This document shows positions 29,222-37,640 of a stretch of 47,104 bases of DNA, one piece after another. The notes under the pieces were generated by a model. It had not been told where the DNA came from. It saw nothing but the letters and a program-made list of their open reading frames with translations, and ran no database searches. Made by a program: the position numbers and the translations under genes. Origin of the DNA: Cytophagales bacterium (GTDB lineage: Bacteria > Bacteroidota > Bacteroidia > Cytophagales > Cytophagaceae); NCBI GenBank assembly GCA_043718845.1, contig JAYSUZ010000286.1, positions 1 through 47,104 of the forward strand. Direction: 5' to 3'. Numbering within the stretch: the first letter of the stretch is position 1; every line of letters begins with the position of its first letter.

Positions 29222-31132
29222 ATGGGAAAAATTATTGGTATTGACTTGGGAACAACCAACTCATGTGTAGCCGTAATGGAAGGTAATGAGCCTGTTGTGA
29301 TTCCAAATAGCGAAGGACGTAGAACTACGCCTTCTATCGTAGCGTTTTTGGATAACGGGACTGGCGAACGTAAGGTAGGTGATCCAGCTAAAAGACAAGC
29401 GATCACTAACCCTAAAAATACGATTCAGTCTATTAAACGTTTCATGGGTAAAAAATTCTCTGAAGCAGGAAATGAATTAAAAAACATTACGTATGTAATG
29501 GAACAAGGACCAAACGACACTCCTCGAGTACGTATTGGAGACAGGTTGTACACGCCTCAGGAACTTTCGTCAATGATTCTTCAGAAAATGAAAACTACTG
29601 CGGAAGACTATTTAGGCACTACTGTTACGGAAGCTGTAATTACAGTTCCTGCTTACTTCAACGACTCTGAAAGACAAGCTACGAAAGAAGCAGGTCAAAT
29701 AGCAGGGTTAGATGTAAAACGTATTATCAACGAGCCTACTGCAGCAGCGTTGGCGTATGGTTTAGATAAAAAAAATCAAGATTCTGTTATCGCTGTTTTT
29801 GACCTTGGAGGAGGAACATTCGACGTTTCTATCCTTGAATTAGGAGATGGTGTATTTGAAGTAAAATCTACCGATGGTGATACGCACTTAGGTGGCGACG
29901 ATTTTGACCATAAATTAATTGACTGGTTGGCACAAGAATTCATCAACGATGAAAATATTGACCTAAGAAAAGATCCAATGGCGCTTCAACGTTTAAAAGA
30001 AGCAGCTGAAAAAGCTAAAATCGAACTTTCTAGCAGCAATGAAACGGAAATTAACCTTCCTTACATAATGCCTGTAGACGGTATACCAAAACACTTGGTA
30101 AGAAAATTAACCAAAGCTAAGTTTGAACAACTGTGCGACGACCTTATTCAACGTACATTAGAGCCTTGCAAAAGAGCGCTTAAAAATAGCGGTCTTTCTA
30201 TAGACAAAATCAACGAAGTGATTTTAGTAGGTGGTTCTACTCGTATTCCAAGAATACAAGAAGAAGTAGAAAAATTCTTTGGCAAAAAACCTTCTAAAGG
30301 TGTAAACCCTGACGAAGTAGTAGCATTGGGTGCTGCCATTCAAGGTGGTGTACTTTCTGGCGACGTGAAAGATGTGCTTCTTTTGGATGTAACACCTTTA
30401 TCGTTAGGAATCGAAACAATGGGTAGTGTTTTCACTAAACTTATTGAATCAAACACTACTATTCCTACTAAAAAATCAGAAGTATTCTCTACTGCGGCAG
30501 ACAACCAGCCTTCTGTAGAAATACATGTATTACAAGGAGAACGTGCTTTGGCTAAAGACAACAGAACGATTGGAAAATTCATTTTAGGTGACCTTCCTCC
30601 TTCTATGCGTGGTGTTCCTCAAATTGAAGTTATTTTCGATATCGATGCAAATGGCATCTTGAATGTTTCTGCGAAAGATAAAGGAACTGGTAAAGAACAA
30701 AAAATTCGTATCGAAGCGTCTAGTGGACTTACGGATGCTGAAATTGAGAAAATGCGCAACGAGGCAAAAGCAAATGAAGAAGCAGATAAAATAGCTAGAG
30801 AAGCAATCGAAAAAGCAAATCAAGCAGACAGTCTTATTTTTCAATCTGAAAAACAACTGAAAGAGTACGGCGAAAAAATCTCTGCAGATAAAAAAGCAGC
30901 GATCGAATCGTCTCTTGAGCAATTGAAAACAGCGCATGCAAACAAAGATAGCGCTGCTATTGATGCTTGTTTAGCTACACTAAACGCTGCTTGGCAAAAT
31001 GCTTCTCAGGAAATGTATGCTGACACTCAGAATCCTTCAGGATCGAACAGTGCTACTGGAAATGCGGACAACAATACTAGCAACCAAGACACTGTTACGG
31101 ATGTAGATTACGAAGAAGTAGACAAAAAATAA
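29222..31132 (+). CDS. dnaK: Molecular chaperone DnaK (Hsp70)
   Basis: [34 protein letters not shown], and an acidic C-terminus ending EEVDKK. Confidence 0.98.
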   Translation: MGKIIGIDLGTTNSCVAVMEGNEPVVIPNSEGRRTTPSIVAFLDNGTGERKVGDPAKRQAITNPKNTIQSIKRFMGKKFSEAGNELKNITYVMEQGPNDTPRVRIGDRLYTPQELSSMILQKMKTTAEDYLGTTVTEAVITVPAYFNDSERQATKEAGQIAGLDVKRIINEPTAAALAYGLDKKNQDSVIAVFDLGGGTFDVSILELGDGVFEVKSTDGDTHLGGDDFDHKLIDWLAQEFINDENIDLRKDPMALQRLKEAAEKAKIELSSSNETEINLPYIMPVDGIPKHLVRKLTKAKFEQLCDDLIQRTLEPCKRALKNSGLSIDKINEVILVGGSTRIPRIQEEVEKFFGKKPSKGVNPDEVVALGAAIQGGVLSGDVKDVLLLDVTPLSLGIETMGSVFTKLIESNTTIPTKKSEVFSTAADNQPSVEIHVLQGERALAKDNRTIGKFILGDLPPSMRGVPQIEVIFDIDANGILNVSAKDKGTGKEQKIRIEASSGLTDAEIEKMRNEAKANEEADKIAREAIEKANQADSLIFQSEKQLKEYGEKISADKKAAIESSLEQLKTAHANKDSAAIDACLATLNAAWQNASQEMYADTQNPSGSNSATGNADNNTSNQDTVTDVDYEEVDKK

Positions 31133-31154
31133 GTAATTACAGCAAATTAGGAAG

Positions 31155-31224
31155 CCTCCTAGAACTTAAGCACGATGATTCAAGATACAAATTGGGTCAT
31201 GACACTTATCTCTAGGAGGTTTTG
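31155..31224 (+). terminator. Long-loop hairpin with T-run downstream of dnaK
   Basis: cctcctaga (31155-31163) pairs with tctaggagg (31211-31219) and is followed by tttt. The 47-nt loop is atypical for a terminator. Confidence 0.35.
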
Positions 31225-31352
31225 TGCTGTGTAGGCAGTTTAATAGCCAAATTAGAGCTACTGAAAATCAGGTAACTAACTTATATATACTAATTTTCAA
31301 TTTATCTCAATTAAAATAATTACACATCCTTTGCATTGAATGAATAAACCTT

Positions 31353-31360
31353 TAGTTTTG
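31353..31360 (+). promoter_or_regulatory. -7 box TAGTTTTG upstream of atpD
   Basis: Matches TAnnTTTG. A TTG at 31330-31332 lies about 20 nt upstream. The atpD ATG is 32 nt downstream. Confidence 0.45.
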
Positions 31361-31383
31361 CAGTCGCAAAAATTATACAATAA

Positions 31384-32901
<1,518 letters not shown>

Positions 32902-32908
32902 AAACAAT

Positions 32909-32953
32909 TTGATGATTTGATGGAGTACAAGTAAAATACCATCAAATCATCAA
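32909..32953 (+). other. Perfect 15-bp stem hairpin in the atpD-atpC spacer
   Basis: ttgatgatttgatgg (32909-32923) is the exact reverse complement of ccatcaaatcatcaa (32939-32953), with a 15-nt loop. It starts 8 nt after the atpD stop and ends 16 nt before the atpC ATG. Confidence 0.7.
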
Positions 32954-32969
32954 CTTCTTAAATTAAATT

Positions 32970-33221
32970 ATGATAGTAGATATATTAACACCAGATGTAA
33001 AGGTATTTAGCGGAGAGGTTTACGCCGTAAATCTTCCAGGTGTTCAAGGTGGTTTTGAACTCTTGGACAAACACGCTGCATTGGTAAGTAATTTAGGTAG
33101 AGGATACATTACAATCCGCAAAACAGCCAAAGACGAAGAAAAAATATTGATCGAAGGTGGTCTTGTAGAGGTATTAAACAACAGAGTTGTAGTACTCGCA
33201 GACGCTGTGATCAAAGAGTAA
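32970..33221 (+). CDS. atpC: F1 ATP synthase epsilon subunit (short form, beta-sandwich only)
   Basis: It sits immediately after atpD. Motifs include ILTPDVKVFSGEV and LPGVQGGFELLDKHAAL. At 83 aa it lacks the C-terminal helical hairpin. Confidence 0.85.
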   Translation: MIVDILTPDVKVFSGEVYAVNLPGVQGGFELLDKHAALVSNLGRGYITIRKTAKDEEKILIEGGLVEVLNNRVVVLADAVIKE

Positions 33222-33244
33222 ATTTTATCGTTTTCTTGAAAAAC

Positions 33245-33283
33245 AAAAAAGCACCCAGTCAAAATTGATTGGGTGCTTTTTTT
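33245..33283 (+). terminator. Intrinsic terminator after atpC
   Basis: gcacccagtc (33251-33260) pairs with gattgggtgc (33267-33276), including one G-U pair. An A-run precedes it and ttttttt follows. Confidence 0.8.
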
Positions 33284-33313
33284 GGTAAAAGGCGATAGTA
33301 ACTACTCTAACTA

Positions 33314-34444
33314 CTACCCCACAAACGATCCATAATTATTTCTATCCACTACCTCAAAGCTATGATCAGGATAAGCTTCGGCGAAGGAACGAGGGAGCCT
33401 TGCATTTTTTTTACTATTATCCCATTTGAATTCAAACGCATTTAATATTCCATTTCTTTCTTCTATAAAATCTACTTCTGCCCCGTCATGCGTGCGCCAG
33501 AAATAATAATTACACCAATAACCCGTATACACATTATGCTTTATACGCTCTGAGATAATGAAATTTTCCCATAAAGCACCTTTATCATTTCGCAAGGCCA
33601 ATGGATTAAAATTCTTAATTAGAGAATTACGAACCCCGTTGTCCCAAAAATATATTTTCTTACCTTTTTTTAATTCATTCCTTAAATTTCTACTAAACCC
33701 ATGAAGGCGGTAGACGACGTAGGTCTTTTCCAAAAGATCAATATAGCGTTCCACGGTAGAAGGGTCTACACCTCCCAAAATCTGCCCTAGTTCATGATAG
33801 CTCACTTCATTCCCTACCTGCAAAGCCAATGCTTGTAATAGTTTATCCACCATAGACGCCTTTTTGATACCGTCTACCATCAACAAATCTTTGTATAAAT
33901 AACTATTAGTAAGTTCACGAAGTATTCCTTCTTCGTTGCCAGGATTTGTTACTACTTCAGGATACATGCCATAAATTAGACGATGTTCCAACGACCTTTT
34001 CTCATTAATTCTCCCAAACTGCTTCTCCAGTTCTTGAATAGAAAAAGGAAGCAAATGCAATTCTTGTTTTCTTCCCGTAAGAGGCTCGTTTAATTTATTG
34101 CGCAATTCAAAGGCTGAAGACCCTGTTGCTATTACTTGTACATGAGGCAGTACGTCTGAAAAAAGCTTAAGCGTCTTCCCTATATCTGTAATCTGTTGCG
34201 CTTCGTCAATAATAATAAGTTTATTGCTGCCAATAATATTTTCCAATTCGCTACTGGTAGGGCTTTCAAGTAATAACCGAATATCTGGTTCATCGGCATT
34301 CATCCAAAGAAACGATTCTCCTAAAGTAGCGCATAGATTTTTAAGTAAAGAGGTTTTCCCCACTTGTCGAGGGCCGATGAGGACAATAATCTTACCCTTG
34401 TGCAACGCAGCCTTTATTGAATCCCCTAATAGTCTTTCAATCAT
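33314..34444 (-). CDS. AAA+ ATPase of the COG1373 type (AAA_14 + DUF4143 architecture)
   Basis: Walker A GPRQVGKTS, Walker B LIIIDEAQ, and C-terminal WENFIISE...EVDFI typical of DUF4143-containing ATPases. Confidence 0.75.
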   Translation of the reverse strand: MIERLLGDSIKAALHKGKIIVLIGPRQVGKTSLLKNLCATLGESFLWMNADEPDIRLLLESPTSSELENIIGSNKLIIIDEAQQITDIGKTLKLFSDVLPHVQVIATGSSAFELRNKLNEPLTGRKQELHLLPFSIQELEKQFGRINEKRSLEHRLIYGMYPEVVTNPGNEEGILRELTNSYLYKDLLMVDGIKKASMVDKLLQALALQVGNEVSYHELGQILGGVDPSTVERYIDLLEKTYVVYRLHGFSRNLRNELKKGKKIYFWDNGVRNSLIKNFNPLALRNDKGALWENFIISERIKHNVYTGYWCNYYFWRTHDGAEVDFIEERNGILNAFEFKWDNSKKNARLPRSFAEAYPDHSFEVVDRNNYGSFVG

Positions 34445-34498
34445 GTCGTAATATATTATTATACAACCAAATATATACTAATCAAATTTATAAAACAA

Positions 34499-34594
34499 AA
34501 TATTACGCCTAATTTTATGAATATATTCATAATAATACGCCTAATTTTACGAATTCATTCATAATAATACGCCTAGTTTGATGAGAACTCCTAA
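34499..34594. repeat. 32-bp tandem direct repeat, about 2.7 copies
   Basis: Units begin at 34499, 34531 and 34563. Unit 1 is aatattacgcctaattttatgaatatattcat. Unit 2 is aataatacgcctaattttacgaattcattcat, 28/32 identical to unit 1. Unit 3 matches in its first ~22 nt and then runs into the transposase remnant. Confidence 0.8.
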
Positions 34595-34853
34595 AAAGGT
34601 AGAAGAATATTATGTGGGTGATTCGGATAGGGCATATCAATTTTGGGAACGGAATCCTCTCCCAGTAGAGATTTTTTCTCCCGAGGTTGCGATACAAAAA
34701 CTGAATTATATTCATCGAAATCCTTTACAGGAGAAATGGAACTTAGCGAAAGAGCCAGAAGACTATTATTATTCCTCCGCTAAATTTTATCAAACGGGGA
34801 TAGATGATTTTGGGATATTGACACATTATTCGGAGTATTTTAAAAAGAGATAA
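34578..34853 (+). pseudogene. 5'-truncated REP-associated tyrosine transposase (RAYT / IS200-like, COG1943) remnant
   Basis: Only about 90 codons remain. YQFWERNPLPVEIFSPEVAIQKLNYIHRNPLQEKWNLAKEPEDYYYSSAKFY matches the C-terminal part of Bacteroidota RAYT-type transposases. The N-terminal HUH/catalytic half is absent. REP palindromes follow directly. Confidence 0.6.
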
Positions 34854-34865
34854 AATGGAAGTTTA

Positions 34866-34895
34866 TTCGCCCTTGCTGGCGTCCCCGCCAGCAAG
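34866..34895. repeat. REP-like palindrome, copy 1
   Basis: ttcgcc flank, then cttgctggcg (34872-34881), a tccc loop, and cgccagcaag (34886-34895). The 10-bp stem is perfect. Confidence 0.8.
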
Positions 34896-34936
34896 ATGCT
34901 CGTGCGGACACATGTTTGTTTTGGCGGAAGTAGATT

Positions 34937-34965
34937 TTCGCCTTTGCTGGCGTCCCGCCAGCAAA
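34937..34965. repeat. REP-like palindrome, copy 2
   Basis: ttcgcc flank, then tttgctggcg (34943-34952), a tcc loop, and cgccagcaaa (34956-34965). It has the same orientation as copy 1 and belongs to a diverged tandem unit of about 70 bp that begins with ggaagt. Confidence 0.8.
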
Positions 34966-35008
34966 TAGTGCATGCAGATAAATTGTATCAATTTCGTAGT
35001 TGTATACT

Positions 35009-35028
35009 ACTGCTTGCTGGCAAGCAGT
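35009..35028. repeat. Degenerate REP-like palindrome, copy 3
   Basis: actgcttg (35009-35016), a ctgg loop, and caagcagt (35021-35028). It shares the cttgctgg core. Confidence 0.5.
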
Positions 35029-35060
35029 TAATTTCTGAATTTCTTTTTGGTATAGTATTA

Positions 35061-35089
35061 CTTGCTGGCGGTACGCCAGCAAGGGCGAA
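35061..35089. repeat. REP-like palindrome, copy 4 (inverted orientation)
   Basis: cttgctggcg (35061-35070), a gta loop, and cgccagcaag (35074-35083), followed by ggcgaa, which is the reverse complement of the ttcgcc flank of copies 1 and 2. It lies 22-28 nt beyond the XRE gene stop and may also act as its terminator. Confidence 0.8.
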
Positions 35090-35111
35090 GGAGTTCAAGC
35101 ACCTTGCGATT

Positions 35112-35453
35112 TCATTTACTTTCTAATATCTTAATCTTGTCTTCTAATAATAGTATTGTTTTATCATACAATTCTCTTTCTTTATCGGAAACGGATTGAT
35201 AGTTTACAGAAAAAGATTTATCGTGAGCGGTTCCATAGTTATTGAAAATAAATTTTTCATCGAAATTGATAAGGTCTTCTACTTTCATTCCGAAAATTTC
35301 AGAAATATCTTTCAATTGAGAAATAGTTAAATCAGAATCGTCTTTTTCAAAACGAGAATAGGTAGACTGACTTACATTTAATCTTTGAGACATGTACTCC
35401 TGAGTATAGTTTTTAAGTTCTCGAACTTTCTTAATTTTTGTTCCTATTTCCAT
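35112..35453 (-). CDS. XRE-family helix-turn-helix transcriptional regulator
   Basis: HTH_3 pattern IKKVRELKNYTQEYMSQRLNVSQSTYSRFEKD...LTISQLKDISEIFGMKVEDL. The ORF-track start at 35471 is a TTG; the ATG at 35453 (MEIGTKIKK) is preferred. Confidence 0.8.
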   Translation of the reverse strand: MEIGTKIKKVRELKNYTQEYMSQRLNVSQSTYSRFEKDDSDLTISQLKDISEIFGMKVEDLINFDEKFIFNNYGTAHDKSFSVNYQSVSDKERELYDKTILLLEDKIKILESK

Positions 35454-35526
35454 TAGTGACTTACTATGCAATTATTGAATAAACTATTTAAAAGATGCAT
35501 AAGCTATCCAAAATTCATACGATAAA

Positions 35527-35534
35527 CAAATTTA
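35527..35534 (-). promoter_or_regulatory. -7 box TAAATTTG, candidate XRE gene promoter
   Basis: The reverse complement of caaattta matches TAnnTTTG, 73 nt upstream of the ATG at 35453. Confidence 0.35.
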
Positions 35535-35542
35535 AAGAGCCG

Positions 35543-35550
35543 TATTTTTG
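35543..35550 (+). promoter_or_regulatory. -7 box TATTTTTG, candidate promoter of the DUF4352 gene
   Basis: Matches TAnnTTTG, 36 nt upstream of the ATG at 35587. It sits back-to-back with the divergent box 8 nt away. Confidence 0.4.
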
Positions 35551-35586
35551 GAAATATAATTCAAACCCTATAACAATCACTAAATA

Positions 35587-36252
35587 ATGGACAATTCAAC
35601 AACACAAACAAAATGGTACGACAAGACTTGGCTGGTTATCGTTCTCTGTATCGTATTCTTTCCAGTAGGACTTTATGCTTTATGGAAAAATGCAACAATT
35701 TCTAAAGGCTGGAAAATAGGCACTACAGTTGTAATAACGTTAATAGTTCTTGCGCAAATAGGTAAAGATAAAAAAGAAAATCCATCTTCAACTGATAATT
35801 CATCATCAAGTAAACAGACCGAACAAAAAGACGCAGCTCCAAAAGGCGTAGGAATTGGCGAAGTTTTGCACACAGACTATTTTGACATAACAGTAAATAA
35901 GGTAAGATTGGAAGACCGAATAAATACAGGTAATGAATTTGCCGACCTTAAACCAGAACAAGGCAATATGTATTTAGTCATTAATGCATCGTTCAAAAAT
36001 ACGGACAAAGAAAGCCGAATGCTTATGGACGGTTCAGTTTGGATTAATTATAACGGCAAAGACTATGAGTTTGATAAATCCGAAACAGTTATGCTTGAAG
36101 GTTGGGGGCTTCTTCTCGATCAAATCAATCCATTAACCACTAAGAAAACTAATTTGGTTTATAAGATTCCTGCTGAAATTAAGGGTGCTGCTTATTGGCA
36201 ACCTGGACGTGCAGACAGTGACCAAAAAATCTTATTAGGCAACTTAAACTAA
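35587..36252 (+). CDS. Membrane-anchored DUF4352-like protein
   Basis: Two N-terminal hydrophobic helices (WLVIVLCIVFFPVGLYALW, IGTTVVITLIVLAQI) and a Ser-rich linker. The C-terminal Ig-like domain has FDITVNKVRLEDRI...GNMYLVINASFKNTDKES...NLVYKIP. Confidence 0.6.
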   Translation: MDNSTTQTKWYDKTWLVIVLCIVFFPVGLYALWKNATISKGWKIGTTVVITLIVLAQIGKDKKENPSSTDNSSSSKQTEQKDAAPKGVGIGEVLHTDYFDITVNKVRLEDRINTGNEFADLKPEQGNMYLVINASFKNTDKESRMLMDGSVWINYNGKDYEFDKSETVMLEGWGLLLDQINPLTTKKTNLVYKIPAEIKGAAYWQPGRADSDQKILLGNLN

Positions 36253-36254
36253 TA

Positions 36255-36307
36255 AAAATAAGATAGGCGTCAAATAGCTTTATACTATCTGACGCCTATC
36301 TTATTTT
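36255..36307. terminator. Bidirectional intrinsic terminator (18-bp perfect stem)
   Basis: aaaataagataggcgtca (36255-36272) is the exact reverse complement of tgacgcctatcttatttt (36290-36307). A/T runs are built into the stem ends. Confidence 0.8.
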
Positions 36308-36323
36308 ATCGTTACGCTCAGCC

Positions 36324-36346
36324 CTTGCTGGCGTCTCGCCAGCAAG
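36324..36346. repeat. REP-like palindrome, copy 5
   Basis: cttgctggcg (36324-36333), a tct loop, and cgccagcaag (36337-36346), preceded by gcc. It lies 14 nt beyond the leuB stop. Confidence 0.8.
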
Positions 36347-36359
36347 CAACTTTATCTAC

Positions 36360-37433
36360 CTACAAAAACTTCAACACCTCAGCGCCCATCGCGTCAGTAC
36401 CTAAAAGCTTTTCAGCAGGAGTAGTACTATCTGCTATATCGCGTGTACGGAAACCAGCTTTCAATACTTTGTCTACGGCACTTATTACCAAATCAGATTC
36501 AGCTTTCATTCCAAAAGAAATATCCAGCATCAAGGCTACAGAAAGAATAGAAGCCAACGGGTTTGCTACGCCTTTGCCTGTAATGTCGTGTGCAGAACCG
36601 TGGATAGGTTCGTAAACGCCTGTTCCGTCTCCAATAGAAGCCGAAGCCAACATGCCCATAGAACCTGCTATTTGAGAAGCTTCATCGGTAAGAATATCGC
36701 CAAATAAATTCGCCGTAACTACTACGTCAAAACGACGAGGATCTTTGATCAACATCATGGCGGTAGAATCTACAAATTGATGTTCTACTTCTACATCAGG
36801 ATATTCTAACGCTAATTTCTGAATTACCTCTCTCCACAAACGGCTTGTCTCCAAAACATTTGCTTTGTCTACCGAACATAGTTTTTTACGACGTGTTCTT
36901 GCGGCTTCAAAGGCTTTACGGCCGATACGTTCTACTTCGAATCTGCTGTATTCTGCAATGTCGTAAGCTGTATCGCCGTCGTTTTTACGGCCTTTTTCGC
37001 CAAAATAAATATCCCCTGTCAGTTCTCTGAAAAATAAAATATCCGAACCTTTCAATATTTCTGGTTTGATGCTTGACGCACTTAACAATTCGTCAAATAA
37101 TTTGATGGGACGAAGGTTGGCATATAAGCCAAGTTCTTTTCTCATTTTCAACAAGCCTTGTTCTGGACGTACTTTCGCAGAAGGATCGTTATCGTATTTT
37201 GGATGGCCTACTGCACCAAAAAGAACCGCGTCCGACTTTCTCATTTTTGCCAACGACTCGTCAGGAAGTGGATTTCCAGTAGCTTCAATAGCTACGTGAC
37301 CAATCAACGCTTCGTCGTACGTAAATTCATGGTTGAATTTTTTTGCGATGCTGTCCAATACTTTTTTGCCAACTGCAGTAACTTCCTGCCCTATACCGTC
37401 TCCGGGAACAATTAGAATATTCTTTTTTGCCAT
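36360..37433 (-). CDS. leuB: 3-isopropylmalate dehydrogenase
   Basis: ILIVPGDGIGQEV, NLFGDILTDEASQIAGSMGMLASAS, PIHGSAHDITGKG. Confidence 0.96.
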   Translation of the reverse strand: MAKKNILIVPGDGIGQEVTAVGKKVLDSIAKKFNHEFTYDEALIGHVAIEATGNPLPDESLAKMRKSDAVLFGAVGHPKYDNDPSAKVRPEQGLLKMRKELGLYANLRPIKLFDELLSASSIKPEILKGSDILFFRELTGDIYFGEKGRKNDGDTAYDIAEYSRFEVERIGRKAFEAARTRRKKLCSVDKANVLETSRLWREVIQKLALEYPDVEVEHQFVDSTAMMLIKDPRRFDVVVTANLFGDILTDEASQIAGSMGMLASASIGDGTGVYEPIHGSAHDITGKGVANPLASILSVALMLDISFGMKAESDLVISAVDKVLKAGFRTRDIADSTTPAEKLLGTDAMGAEVLKFL

Positions 37434-37441
37434 GTTTTTTT

Positions 37442-37639
37442 TTAATTGTTAATGGTTAATTATTAATTGTTAATGTTTCGTTTACGATTTCCATGGTCTG
37501 TGGCACACAGACCATTTGCTATTATGCAACACTTGGTCTCCTTTATTGAAATGTGGTCTGTGTGCCACAGACCACGGAGGATTTGTTTGTGAAGACACAA
37601 ACAACGGCAAAATCATTAACAATTAACAATTAACCATTA
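37442..37639. repeat. Nested palindromic element filling the leuA-leuB spacer (MITE/REP-like)
   Basis: The left arm has five TTAAT heptads at 37442, 37449, 37456, 37463 and 37470. A 26-bp inverted repeat, 37450-37475 versus 37614-37639, matches at 25 of 26 positions. There are three internal hairpins. A: atggtctgtg (37493-37502) / cacagaccat (37506-37515). B: gtggtctgtg (37553-37562) / cacagaccac (37566-37575). C: ttgtttgtg (37583-37591) / cacaaacaa (37596-37604). Confidence 0.85.
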
Positions 37640-37640
37640 T

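Noticed and set aside
31285-31299. An exact 15-mer, ATATACTAATTTTCA, shared with 39794-39808.
   Set aside because: One or two such matches are expected by chance in 47 kb of A/T-rich sequence. The two contexts also differ: one is upstream of atpD and the other is in the leuC-leuD spacer on the opposite coding strand.
34499-34594. The 32-bp repeats were considered as a possible CRISPR array.
   Set aside because: The units are contiguous with no spacers, there are only about 2.7 copies, and no cas genes are nearby.
34840-35126. ORF-track entries 34840-35082 (minus) and 34896-35126 (plus), and also 36325-36615, which encode LAGGTPA / LLASRQQ-type peptides.
   Set aside because: They are read straight through the REP palindromes, so the same repeat is translated on both strands. 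In the case of 36325-36615 the ORF also overlaps leuB antisense. They are repeat artefacts, not genes.
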